Source of the DNA: Verrucomicrobiaceae bacterium
Lineage (GTDB): Bacteria > Verrucomicrobiota > Verrucomicrobiia > Verrucomicrobiales > V1-33
DNA length: 64,000 bases
Assembly: GCA_027483175.1 (NCBI GenBank)
Contig: JAIXVE010000229.1
Coordinates: 225-64,224 of the forward strand
Direction of reading: 5' to 3'
This document shows, in pieces, positions 8,521 through 17,535 of the stretch. Below the pieces are notes generated by a model. The model saw nothing but the letters and a program-made list of their open reading frames with translations. It was not told the origin of the DNA and ran no database searches. Numbering within the stretch: position 1 is the stretch's first letter; every line of letters starts with the position of its first letter. The position numbers and the translations under genes are program-made.

Positions 8521-9561
8521 ATGCTTCCCTGGCTCCATGGTTCCCGAGTGCCGCTTTATCTTGCTCCGATGGCAGGGGTGACGGATTTTGTGTTTCGCGG
8601 GTTGTGCAAGGAGATGGGTGCGGATGTGATGGTGACGGAGTTTGTGAGCAGCGAGGGGATTCTGAGGAGGGATGACCGGACGCGGAAGTACACGGAGTTT
8701 GATGACGGGCAGCGGCCGGTGGGGGTGCAGTTGTTCGGGGCGAATCCCGAGGCGATGGCGGAGGCGGCGCGGAAGGTGATTGACTGGAAGCAGCCGGATT
8801 TCATCGATATCAATTTCGGGTGTCCGGTGAATAAGGTCGTGTCGAAGAATGGGGGGTCGTCGATGCTGCGGGATTGTCCGCTGCTGGCGGCGGTGGCGTC
8901 GGCGGTGGCGCGGGCGGTGCCGATTCCGGTGACGGCGAAGATCCGGATCGGGTGGGACGAGCAGACGGTGAATGCGCGGGAGGTGGTGAGGATTCTGGAG
9001 GATGTGGGGATGGGGGCGGTGACGATTCACGGGCGGACGCGGGCGCAGGGGTATGGCGGGGAGGCGAACTGGGACGTGATCGGGGAATGTGCGGAGCTGG
9101 TGAAGATCCCGGTGATCGGGAACGGGGATCTGGCTAGTGGCCGGGACATTGAGCGGCGGTTGAGGGAGACGAAGGTGAGGGGATTGATGATCGGGCGTGC
9201 GGCGATGGCGAGCCCGTGGGTGTTCCGGGATGCGCGGCGGTGGCTGGCGGACGGGACGTTACCGGAGCCGGTGCCTGCGGAGGCGCGGTGGGCGTTTATC
9301 CTGCGTCATTGCCGGCTGGCGATGGAGCATGGGCGGTATGGCGAGGAGAAGTTCACGGTGCAGGCGATGCGGAGCCGGTTGATGGCGTACAGCAAGGGAT
9401 TGCCTGCGGGGCGGCAGTTGCGGCAGCGGTTCGGGGCGGTGCAGAGCCTGATGGAGCTGGAGGATCTGGCGGCGGAGTATCTGAGTCATCCGCGGCATGC
9501 GCAGGCGGTGGCGGAGACGGACGAGGAGCCGGGAGCGGAATTGGGCGTTAGTGTCAGTTGA
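8521..9561 (+). CDS. dusB: tRNA dihydrouridine synthase
   Basis: LAPMAGVTD, IDINFGCP, KIRIGWD, IHGRT, IGNGD. Confidence 0.93.
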   Translation: MLPWLHGSRVPLYLAPMAGVTDFVFRGLCKEMGADVMVTEFVSSEGILRRDDRTRKYTEFDDGQRPVGVQLFGANPEAMAEAARKVIDWKQPDFIDINFGCPVNKVVSKNGGSSMLRDCPLLAAVASAVARAVPIPVTAKIRIGWDEQTVNAREVVRILEDVGMGAVTIHGRTRAQGYGGEANWDVIGECAELVKIPVIGNGDLASGRDIERRLRETKVRGLMIGRAAMASPWVFRDARRWLADGTLPEPVPAEARWAFILRHCRLAMEHGRYGEEKFTVQAMRSRLMAYSKGLPAGRQLRQRFGAVQSLMELEDLAAEYLSHPRHAQAVAETDEEPGAELGVSVS

Positions 9562-10111
9562 GCGAGGGGTCTTCCGGGGTGCCGGAGAGGAGCCGGAAGT
9601 ATGGGCCCATGGAGCGGAGGATATCGCGCCAGAGTTGGTTGGGGCGGAGCGTGCGGAGGGCGGATTCGGCGGGTGGGGCGACGACCCATGCGTGGCGTTC
9701 GATTTCGGATTCGAGCTGGCCTGCGGACCAGCCGGAGTAGCCGACGAAGGCGCGGACTTTTTCGCCGTTAGCCTGGCGGTGGAGGGCGTCTTTGACGGTG
9801 AGGTGGGTGGTGGCGGAGAGTTCTTTGGTCATGCGGTCCCATGCGAAGGCGACGAAGGTGAGGTGTTCCTGGCTGACGGGGCCGCCGAGGTAGACGGGAA
9901 GAGCGGCGAGGGGGGCGAATTCCTTGGCGGAGAGGAGATCGCCGACTTTGGTGCCGAGGGGGCGGTTCATGATGTAGCCGTGAGCGCCTTCGTCTTTGCG
10001 GTGTTCGGTGATGACGAGGACGGAGCGGTCGAAGTGGCCGTCGTGGAGGGAAGGATCGGCGAGGAGGACGGACCCGTGGAGAGAGGTCCATGGCTGGTCG
10101 GGAGCGTTCAT
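9554..10111 (-). CDS. YqgE/AlgH family protein (DUF179)
   Basis: FDRSVLVITEH, GYIMNRP, YLGGPV, GYSGWSAGQLESEI, PEDPSLN. Confidence 0.93.
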   Translation of the reverse strand: MNAPDQPWTSLHGSVLLADPSLHDGHFDRSVLVITEHRKDEGAHGYIMNRPLGTKVGDLLSAKEFAPLAALPVYLGGPVSQEHLTFVAFAWDRMTKELSATTHLTVKDALHRQANGEKVRAFVGYSGWSAGQLESEIERHAWVVAPPAESALRTLRPNQLWRDILRSMGPYFRLLSGTPEDPSLN

Positions 10112-10180
10112 GGGGAGGAGGGGAATTTAAGCACAGTTCGGGCTTTTCCGGGGCGTGATTTTCCTGAAACGTCTGGAGAA

Positions 10181-11218
10181 ATGAAGCGAGTTGACGAAAT
10201 GCTGAGTGAGATGCGTGCTGGGGGCGGCCTTGGGGAAGCGTCGGTGGTGGCGGCGGCGGAGTTGCTGCTGGATGGCGGGGTGGGTGATGATGAGAAGGCG
10301 GAGTTGCTGACGGCGTTGTCGGAGAAGGGGGAGACGGCTGAGGAGATTGCGGGGTTTGTGAGAGTGTTTCTGGGGCATGCGGTGCGGGTGCCGCTGGAGT
10401 TGGAGGGATTGGACCGACCGGCATTGGATGTGTGCGGGACGGGTGGGGACAAGCTGGATTTGTTCAATGTGTCGACGGCGTCGATGTTTGTGCTGGCGGG
10501 GGGCGGGGCGGCGGTGGTGAAGCACGGGAACCGAGGGATTACGAGCAAGTCGGGGGGAGCGGACGTGCTGGAGGCGTTAGGGGTGCGGATTGATCTGGCA
10601 CCGGAGCGGTTTGCGGAGAGTGTGCGGCGGCATGGAGCGGGGTTCATGCTGGCACCGCAGTATCATCCGGCGTTCAAGGCGGTGGCTGGGGTGAGACGGA
10701 GACTGGCGGCGTCGGGGGTGCGGACGGTTTTCAATGTGATCGGGCCGCTGCTGAATCCGCTGCAGCCGCCCTATCAATTGGTGGGGGTGTATGATGGATC
10801 GCTGCCGCCGGTTTATGCTGATATTCTGGGGAGACTGGGGCGGAAGCGGGCGTGGGTGGTGCACGGTCGGACGGCGGACGGGCGTGGGATGGATGAAGTG
10901 TCGACGCTGGGGGTGACGGAGGTGGTGGCGGTGGAGGGCGGGAGGCTGACGGCGACGACCCTGGGCGGGCCGGAGCATCCGGCGCGAGTGGAGGAACTGG
11001 TGGGCGGGGATGCGGCGCACAACGCGGCGCTGCTGGAGGGGATTCTGACGGGGAAGGATCGCGGGCCGCGTCGGGAGATTGTGGTGATGAATGCGGCGGC
11101 GGCGTTTCAGGTGGCGGGGTTGGAGACGACGTGGGAGGGCGGGCGAGCGCGGGCGGAGGAGGCGATCGACAGCGGGCGGGCGGCCGGGGTGCTGGCGGCG
11201 CTGCGGGCGTTCGAGTGA
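10181..11218 (+). CDS. trpD: Anthranilate phosphoribosyltransferase
   Basis: DVCGTGGD, FNVST, KHGNR...SKSGGADVLEALG, FNVIGPLLNP. Confidence 0.95.
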   Translation: MKRVDEMLSEMRAGGGLGEASVVAAAELLLDGGVGDDEKAELLTALSEKGETAEEIAGFVRVFLGHAVRVPLELEGLDRPALDVCGTGGDKLDLFNVSTASMFVLAGGGAAVVKHGNRGITSKSGGADVLEALGVRIDLAPERFAESVRRHGAGFMLAPQYHPAFKAVAGVRRRLAASGVRTVFNVIGPLLNPLQPPYQLVGVYDGSLPPVYADILGRLGRKRAWVVHGRTADGRGMDEVSTLGVTEVVAVEGGRLTATTLGGPEHPARVEELVGGDAAHNAALLEGILTGKDRGPRREIVVMNAAAAFQVAGLETTWEGGRARAEEAIDSGRAAGVLAALRAFE

Positions 11219-11237
11219 GGGGAGGAGATCCGGAGGT

Positions 11238-11858
11238 TCAGGATCTGGAGGATGGCGGGAGGGCGCGAGCGGGGTCGCGGCCGTAGCGCCACCATGCGAG
11301 GGTGATGCCGCCGATGAAGCCCCAGAAGTGGCAGGACCATGAGATATTGGGGTCGATGCGGAGGAGCCCGAAGACTGAGCCGAGTTGGAAGAAGCCGACG
11401 ACGAGGGAGATGATGGCCCAGACGGGTTTACGGGAGAACCAGCCGCGGGCGAGGAGGAAGCCGAGCATGCCGTAGATGACGCCGCTGGCACCTTCGTGGG
11501 GGCGGCCGCCTTGACCGAAGAGCCATGCGCCGGAGCCGCTGATGATGGCGGTGGTGACGATGACTTCGGTGAAGAGCCGACGCCCGCTGGTGACGAGGAC
11601 GGCACCGAGGATGCAGAACGAGATAGTGTTGGCGAGGAGGTGCCAGATGTCGGCGTGGAGGAAGGGTGCGGCGGCGATGCCGGGGAGGCCTGCGATGCTG
11701 CGTGGCCAGATGCCGAGGTTGTCGAGACGGGCGATGGAGTTGGGGAGGAGGGCGTCGAAGACGAAGACGGCCCACATGGCGGCGGGCCATGCGAGTGCGA
11801 ACATGAGGCGAGGCTTGAGGCGGAGCCAGAGAGTGGAGGCTTGGGTGGAAAGGGACAC
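11238..11858 (-). CDS. Rhomboid family intramembrane serine protease
   Basis: FLHADIWHLLAN, GASG, ISWSCHFWGFIGG; multiple TM helices. Confidence 0.9.
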   Translation of the reverse strand: MSLSTQASTLWLRLKPRLMFALAWPAAMWAVFVFDALLPNSIARLDNLGIWPRSIAGLPGIAAAPFLHADIWHLLANTISFCILGAVLVTSGRRLFTEVIVTTAIISGSGAWLFGQGGRPHEGASGVIYGMLGFLLARGWFSRKPVWAIISLVVGFFQLGSVFGLLRIDPNISWSCHFWGFIGGITLAWWRYGRDPARALPPSSRS

Positions 11859-11944
11859 GGAGTGAATGCGGGCGGGAAACTTCTGGCAAAAGCCGCAGCC
11901 TGCACTTTACGTGAATGCGCGAACCATCTTGCCGCCAACTGCCT

Positions 11945-12844
11945 GTGAAACCGAACTGCCTTGCTTTGTTTGCCGTCCTTGCGCTGCCTGCGGGGGCGGG
12001 GATTACGATTGATACGAGTGCGGCACCGGAGCATGCGGCGTGGGCGGCGAAGGCGTTGCCGGTGGCGACCGAGTGGCTGCCGCGGTTGGCGAATCTGCTG
12101 GCGGTGCCGGGGTCAGGCGGGTTGCCGGACGTGACGGTGAAGATCACGCCGGAGTATAAGGGTGTGGCGTTTGCGTCGGGGAGCGGGATCACGATGGCGT
12201 CGGCGTGGGTGCGGGATCATCCGGAGGACAGCGTGGGGGCGTTGATTCATGAGCTGGTGCATGTGCTGCAGGGGTATCCTGGGGGGAGCGAGCACTGGCT
12301 GACGGAGGGGATTGCGGATTACCTGAGGTTTTCGGTGTATGAGGGGAAGCCAGCGGGGTATTTTCCGAAGCCAGCGAAGGTGCAGGGGTATAGGGATGCG
12401 TATCAGGTGGCGGCTGGGTTTCTGGCGTGGCTGGAGGCCGGGGAAGCGCCGGGGGTGGTGAGGCGGCTGCATGCGGCGTTGCGGGCGAAGAAGTACGGAC
12501 CGGAGTTGTTTGTGAAGGCGGCGGGGAAGCCGCTGGATGATTTGTGGCGGGAGTACACGGCGGCGTCGGTGGCGGGGAAGAAGCTGCCGGCGGGTCTGAC
12601 GAAATTGAGTTACAAGCAGAATGGGGGTGGGGCGTTTGTGGCGGGGGCTGGAGGGGAATGGGTGGAGGTACAGGGCGGGAAGGAGCATGCGCGGTTCAAG
12701 GAGACGGCGCGGAGCGAGGAGGCGGTGGAGTTGTATGATGCGGCGCGGGGGATCCGGTTGAGACTGGGGGCGGACAGTGTGTCGCTGCAGCGGAACGGGT
12801 CGTGGTCGCCGCTGTATGCGGCGGAGTGGGAGGCGAAGCCGTGA
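11945..12844 (+). CDS. Secreted BSP-family (basic secretory protein) HExxH peptidase-like protein with an extra C-terminal domain
   Basis: Signal peptide, IHELVHVLQGY, WLTEGIADYLR, AGFLAWL. Confidence 0.85.
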   Translation: MKPNCLALFAVLALPAGAGITIDTSAAPEHAAWAAKALPVATEWLPRLANLLAVPGSGGLPDVTVKITPEYKGVAFASGSGITMASAWVRDHPEDSVGALIHELVHVLQGYPGGSEHWLTEGIADYLRFSVYEGKPAGYFPKPAKVQGYRDAYQVAAGFLAWLEAGEAPGVVRRLHAALRAKKYGPELFVKAAGKPLDDLWREYTAASVAGKKLPAGLTKLSYKQNGGGAFVAGAGGEWVEVQGGKEHARFKETARSEEAVELYDAARGIRLRLGADSVSLQRNGSWSPLYAAEWEAKP

Positions 12845-12920
12845 GATTTCGGGTGGGGGCGGGAGCGCTGCATTGACAGAGGGCGACTTCCACTGCTGTT
12901 GAAACCATTCACTTACTAAC

Positions 12921-14309
12921 ATGTCGCGTGCTGCCATCATCAACGTCGTCGGGCTGACGGCCCGTCATCTGAGTGAGGAGAACACGCCGCAGATCATGGC
13001 GTGGCTGAAGCACAAGCAGATTGCGCCGGTGCAGCCGGTGCTGCCTGCGGTGACGACGACGATGCAGACGACGTATCTGACGGGACGGCGGGCGAGCGAG
13101 CACGGGATTGTGGGGAACGGGTGGTATCACCGGGAGCAGGCGGAGGTGCAGATGTGGAAGCAGAGCAACCACCTTGTGAAAGGGGAGAAGCTTTGGGATG
13201 TGCTGAAGCGCGAGCATCCGGAGTTCACGGTGGCGAAGCTGTTCTGGTGGTATAACATGTATTCGACGGCGGATTATTCGATTACGCCGCGGCCGATGTA
13301 TCCTGCGGACGGGCGGAAGTTTTTCGACATTTACACGAAGCCGGCGACGATTCGTGAGGAGATCAAGAATGACCTCGGGGAGTTTCCGTTTCCGTCGTTC
13401 TGGGGGCCGATGGCTGGGTTACCGTCGTCGGCGTGGATTGCGGAGTCGGCGAAGTGGGTGGAGGACAAGTACTGGCCGAATCTGAGCCTGGTGTATCTGC
13501 CGCATCTGGATTACAACCTGCAGCGGCTGGGGCCGGATGATCCGGCGATTGCGGAGGATCTGCGGGCGATTGATGCGGTGACGGGGGATCTGATTCAGTT
13601 TTACAAAGAGCGGGCGATTCGGGTGGTGCTGCTGAGTGAGTATGGGATTACGGCGGTGGACCGGCCGGTGCACATCAACCGGGTGCTGCGGGAGCACGGG
13701 TGGATCACGGTGCGTGAGGAGTTAGGGCTGGAGCTGCTGGATTGCGGGGCGAGCAAGGCGTTTGCGGTGGCGGACCATCAGGTGGCGCATGTGTATGTGA
13801 ATGATCCTTCGATTCTGGGAGAGGTTAGGGAAGTGCTGAGTCAGGTGCCGGGGGTGGAGTCGATCATTGACGGGATCTGGCGGTCGAGTGCGGGATTGGA
13901 CCATCAGCGGGCGGGAGATCTGGTGTGTGTGGCGGACGAGCGGAGCTGGTTTACGTATTATTACTGGGACGATGACGCGGTGGCTCCGGATTTTGCGCGG
14001 TGTGTGGATATTCACCGGAAGCCCGGGTATGATCCTGTGGAGTTGTTTCTGGATCCCGGGTTGAAGCATCCGAAGCTGGCGGTGGGGAGCCGGTTGCTGA
14101 GGAAGAAGCTAGGGATGCGGTATCTGATGGATGTGATTCCGCTGGATGCGGGGTTGGTGAAGGGGAGTCACGGGCGGATTCCGGAGGATCGGCTGGATTG
14201 GCCGGTGCTGGCGGGGGATCTGCCGCATCTGAACGACCGGGAGTTTATTCCGGCGACGCAGGTCTATCATGAACTGCTGCGGGCGGTGCGGCGGCAGTTT
14301 TCGGAGTGA
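12921..14309 (+). CDS. Alkaline phosphatase / nucleotide pyrophosphatase family protein (EboF-like)
   Basis: INVVGLT, PAVT, HGIVGNGWY, YLPHLDY, SEYGI, DIHRKPGYDPVELF, KGSHG. Confidence 0.88.
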   Translation: MSRAAIINVVGLTARHLSEENTPQIMAWLKHKQIAPVQPVLPAVTTTMQTTYLTGRRASEHGIVGNGWYHREQAEVQMWKQSNHLVKGEKLWDVLKREHPEFTVAKLFWWYNMYSTADYSITPRPMYPADGRKFFDIYTKPATIREEIKNDLGEFPFPSFWGPMAGLPSSAWIAESAKWVEDKYWPNLSLVYLPHLDYNLQRLGPDDPAIAEDLRAIDAVTGDLIQFYKERAIRVVLLSEYGITAVDRPVHINRVLREHGWITVREELGLELLDCGASKAFAVADHQVAHVYVNDPSILGEVREVLSQVPGVESIIDGIWRSSAGLDHQRAGDLVCVADERSWFTYYYWDDDAVAPDFARCVDIHRKPGYDPVELFLDPGLKHPKLAVGSRLLRKKLGMRYLMDVIPLDAGLVKGSHGRIPEDRLDWPVLAGDLPHLNDREFIPATQVYHELLRAVRRQFSE

Positions 14310-14315
14310 TGTCTG

Positions 14316-14573
14316 TCAGGGAGGCGGTGCGCCGGTGGCACCCTGGGTGGTGGCGGCGGGGATGGGGTCGGTGGAGGGATCGCTGAGACGTTCGAGGACG
14401 CGGCGGGCGCGGCCGGGGTCTGGCGAGGAGAGTTCGGCGAGGGCGGCTTTGAGGGCGAGGACGCGGAAGTCTGAGTCCTGGCCGTGGCGCTGGACGCGGT
14501 CGAGGAAGGCGGCGACATCGAGGACGCGGGCGCGGGCGTCGATGAACTGGAGGTCGACGAGAGGTGATGGCAT
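14316..14573 (-). CDS. Small hypothetical protein
   Basis: 85 aa ORF with FIDARARVLDVAAFLDRV helix; minus-strand codon pattern; fills the gap between genes. Confidence 0.75.
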   Translation of the reverse strand: MPSPLVDLQFIDARARVLDVAAFLDRVQRHGQDSDFRVLALKAALAELSSPDPGRARRVLERLSDPSTDPIPAATTQGATGAPPP

Positions 14574-14587
14574 GGTGCTGAGAGGGG

Positions 14588-15421
14588 TCAGAAGCTGCCG
14601 GGGGAGAACGTGACGGGGGGCGGGGTGGATTGGGCGACGGGGAGGTTAGGGGCTCCGCGGGGGCGATTGCCCATTTCCATGAGTTCGCTGACTTTTACGA
14701 AGCGGAAGCCCTTGGCGAGGAGACCGTCGAGGGTGCCGGGCATGGCGTCGATGCTGGAGACGTGGATGTCGTGGACGAGGATGATGGCGCCGGGCCGGGT
14801 TTGATTGAGGATACGGCTGCGGGTGAGGGCGGCGCTTTTGGTGCGCCAGTCTTCGGGGTCGATGCTCCACTGGATGGTGGGGTAGCCGAATTCGTTCATG
14901 ATCCACTGTTTCTGGCGGGCGGTGATGGCGCCGTAGGGTGGGCGGTACATGCGCGGGGCGACGCCGAGATTGACGAGGGCGGAGTGGGCGCGTTTGAGTT
15001 CAGAGCGGACGGCGTTGTCGCTGAGGCTGCTGAGTTTGGGATGGGTCCATGTGTGGTTGGCGAGTTCGTGGCCGTCGGCGATGATGCGGCGCATGATGCC
15101 TGGGTAGGTGACGGTGCGGGAGCCGACGGTGAAGAACGTGGCGCGGATGTTGCGCGCCTTGAGCATGTCGAGGAGGCGCGGGGTGTTGGAGGCGTGTGGG
15201 CCGTCATCGAAGGTCATGGCGATGAACGGGCCGTTTACGGCGACGCTGTTGTAGCTGATGCGGGTGCCTGGGGGGAGACTGCCGGAGGTGTTGTTGGGGG
15301 CCTGATTGAGGGCTGGGCGGGCGATGCCTGCGGCGGCGGAGGGGCCTTGTGGTTTGGCTTTGCGGGAGCAGGCGGGGAGGAAGGCGAGCGCGGCGGCGAG
15401 GGGGAGCAGGAGGAACTTCAT
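14588..15421 (-). CDS. Polysaccharide (peptidoglycan) deacetylase, lipoprotein
   Basis: Lipobox-like LPAC, TFDDGP, NHTWTH, YRPPYG, IILVHD. Confidence 0.92.
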   Translation of the reverse strand: MKFLLLPLAAALAFLPACSRKAKPQGPSAAAGIARPALNQAPNNTSGSLPPGTRISYNSVAVNGPFIAMTFDDGPHASNTPRLLDMLKARNIRATFFTVGSRTVTYPGIMRRIIADGHELANHTWTHPKLSSLSDNAVRSELKRAHSALVNLGVAPRMYRPPYGAITARQKQWIMNEFGYPTIQWSIDPEDWRTKSAALTRSRILNQTRPGAIILVHDIHVSSIDAMPGTLDGLLAKGFRFVKVSELMEMGNRPRGAPNLPVAQSTPPPVTFSPGSF

Positions 15422-15501
15422 GTGGGGGCTTGGGGCGGAGAGCCGACGCGGCGCGGGGCTTGATGGGGCCGGGGAGAGGGCGGGATGAGGAGAGGCCCTG
15501 A

Positions 15502-16203
15502 TTACTTCACGAGGCCGGCGAGGATGGCGATGGGCATGGAGATGTTGCCGAGGAAGAGGATGAGGGCGAGGCCTTTGCCGGCGCTTTCGATGAGGGCGCG
15601 GGATTTTGGGGTGGTGAGGCCGAGGGTCTGGAAGACGCTGGCGAAGCCGTGGCTGAGGTGGCTGAAGAGGAGGGCCATGGCGATGATGTAGAAGGCGGAG
15701 GCTGGGAACCAGCTGAAGCCGTCGACGACCATGTTGTAGACGTTTTTGGAGCCGTCGGCGAGGAAGTAGCGTTTGCTGGCGGGGTTGCCGTAGCTGTTGC
15801 CGACGCAGGCGGTGTAGTGGAGAATGTGGTAGACGACGAAGGCGAGGATGGTGAGGCCGCTGATGATCATGGTGCGGCTGGCGCGGGTGGCCTTGCGTGC
15901 GGTGTCGATGGCGTACTGGCGGTTGCGTGCGGCGCGGTTGGCGCGCGTGAGCTGGATGGTGGCGACGATGTGGATGCCGGCGAGGGCGAGGAGGCCGATG
16001 CGGGCGACCCAGAGGAGGGGGCCGAGGTCGTGGAGTTTTTTGGCGTAGGCGTTGAGGGCGTCGGGGCCTGCGTAGACGAGGAGGTTCCCGAGCATGTGGA
16101 CCACAAGGAATCCGATGAGGAGGAGGCCTGAGACGGCGACGATGATCTTTTTGCCGATGGAGGACTGGTAGAAACGGACGAGCGAGGAGACGAGAGGCGG
16201 CAT
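15502..16203 (-). CDS. sdhC: Succinate dehydrogenase/fumarate reductase cytochrome b558 subunit
   Basis: SSIGKKIIVAVSG, HMLGNL, ASRTM..SG, HILH, HLSHGFASVFQTLG. Confidence 0.9.
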   Translation of the reverse strand: MPPLVSSLVRFYQSSIGKKIIVAVSGLLLIGFLVVHMLGNLLVYAGPDALNAYAKKLHDLGPLLWVARIGLLALAGIHIVATIQLTRANRAARNRQYAIDTARKATRASRTMIISGLTILAFVVYHILHYTACVGNSYGNPASKRYFLADGSKNVYNMVVDGFSWFPASAFYIIAMALLFSHLSHGFASVFQTLGLTTPKSRALIESAGKGLALILFLGNISMPIAILAGLVK

Positions 16204-16301
16204 AGGGTATTGGATTTATCCCGGGATACGGTTGAGGAAAGCAGAAAGATGATCCGAGCGGAGCGGTTGCGGCGGTGGCGGCGTGCGTATGATCGGGGAC
16301 T

Positions 16302-17183
16302 ATGTACACTGTGCCATCCGGTTCCGAGCCGCTGTTTTACTTTCGGGGGCATCCGGTGCGGCTGCATGCGCTGCTGGTTCTGGTGCAGATTGCGGGGATG
16401 GTGGCGGGGGCGATTTTCGGGATGGGGCGGTGGTTGGAGTGGATGGCGTTTCGGGTGGAGCCGGGGAGTTGGGGGTTTCTGCTGAGGCCGTGGGCGTTTG
16501 TGACGCACGTGCTGATTCAGCCGGTGAGTCCGTGGTTTATTCTGCAGATGCTGTGGTTGTGGCAGTGGGGGAAGATACTGGAGGAGAATTTCGGGCGCGG
16601 GTTTCTGCTGAGGTTGTATGGCGTGCTGACGCTGGCGTTGCCTGCGGTGCTGGTGGTGCTGAGTGTGCTGCCGGGGAGTGGTGGGTATATGCTGGCGGAT
16701 CCTGGGCTGGTGCATTTTCCGCTGTTTCTGGCGGTGGCGATGCTGATGCCTGATGCGCAGTGGTTGTTCGGGTGGCCGTTCAAGTACTGGGCGGCGGCGC
16801 TGTCGGCGATTTTTCTGCTGATGTATCTTGCGGAGAGGGACCTGGTGAATGCGCTGCTGGCGGTGACGGCTGGGGTGCTGACGTATGTGCTGATGCGGCG
16901 GGCGGGGATGGTGTCGCGGTTGGAGGGGATCGCGGAGACGGTGCGGGAGGTGCTGCCGGAGCGGAGGGGGAAGAGCGCGGGGAGTGCTTCGGGGAAGGGC
17001 GCGGGGAAAAGAGTGGCGAGTCCGAAGCTGGTGCCGCGTGCGGAGTTGAAGCCAGAGGCTCCGGATGTGGAGCGGGTGAATGCGTTGCTGGACAAGATTG
17101 CGGCGAGCGGCATGGGGAGCCTGAGCGACGCGGAGCGGGCGGATCTGCAGCGGGCGAGTGCGCGGCTGAAGGAGAAGCCGTGA
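16302..17183 (+). CDS. Rhomboid-like membrane protein with C-terminal DUF6576-like tail
   Basis: Multiple TM helices; C-terminal VNALLDKIAASGMGSLSDAERADL. No GxSG catalytic motif seen. Confidence 0.7.
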   Translation: MYTVPSGSEPLFYFRGHPVRLHALLVLVQIAGMVAGAIFGMGRWLEWMAFRVEPGSWGFLLRPWAFVTHVLIQPVSPWFILQMLWLWQWGKILEENFGRGFLLRLYGVLTLALPAVLVVLSVLPGSGGYMLADPGLVHFPLFLAVAMLMPDAQWLFGWPFKYWAAALSAIFLLMYLAERDLVNALLAVTAGVLTYVLMRRAGMVSRLEGIAETVREVLPERRGKSAGSASGKGAGKRVASPKLVPRAELKPEAPDVERVNALLDKIAASGMGSLSDAERADLQRASARLKEKP

Positions 17184-17214
17184 AGCCGTTGGGGAGGGTG
17201 GATGCGAGGAGGGA

Positions 17215-17436
17215 TCAGGAGCTAAGGCGGTCGGCTTCGTCTCGTGGGCCGGATTCGTTGGGGCGGCGGGTGATGGCGAAGAAGATGACGTAGATCCAGC
17301 TGAGGAGGCCTGCGATGATGGCGAGGGCGATCGAGCGGTTGCGTTCCCATGAGGCGACCACGGCGATGACCGAGCCGAGACCGAGCCCGGATTCGGCGAC
17401 GTGCTGGACGGAGATTTCGGCGAGCGGGAGGAGCAT
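17215..17436 (-). CDS. Small membrane protein (2 TM)
   Basis: GLGLGSVIAVVASWERNRSIALAIIAGLLSWIYVIFFAITR. Confidence 0.7.
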   Translation of the reverse strand: MLLPLAEISVQHVAESGLGLGSVIAVVASWERNRSIALAIIAGLLSWIYVIFFAITRRPNESGPRDEADRLSS

Positions 17437-17535
17437 GGTTGGATGATGCGGAGTGCGGGGGAGCTGTCCAGGGGAAGCGCGGCGATTCCCGAGGAGCGCG
17501 GTGGCGTTTTGGGGATAGGGTGGGATGGTGTGGTT

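Noticed and set aside
14588-16309. 573-aa ORF as a fusion protein (also 9497-11218, 23095-24687, 20049-23093)
   Set aside because: N-terminal extensions overlap other real genes or intergenic DNA; recognisable proteins begin at internal starts.
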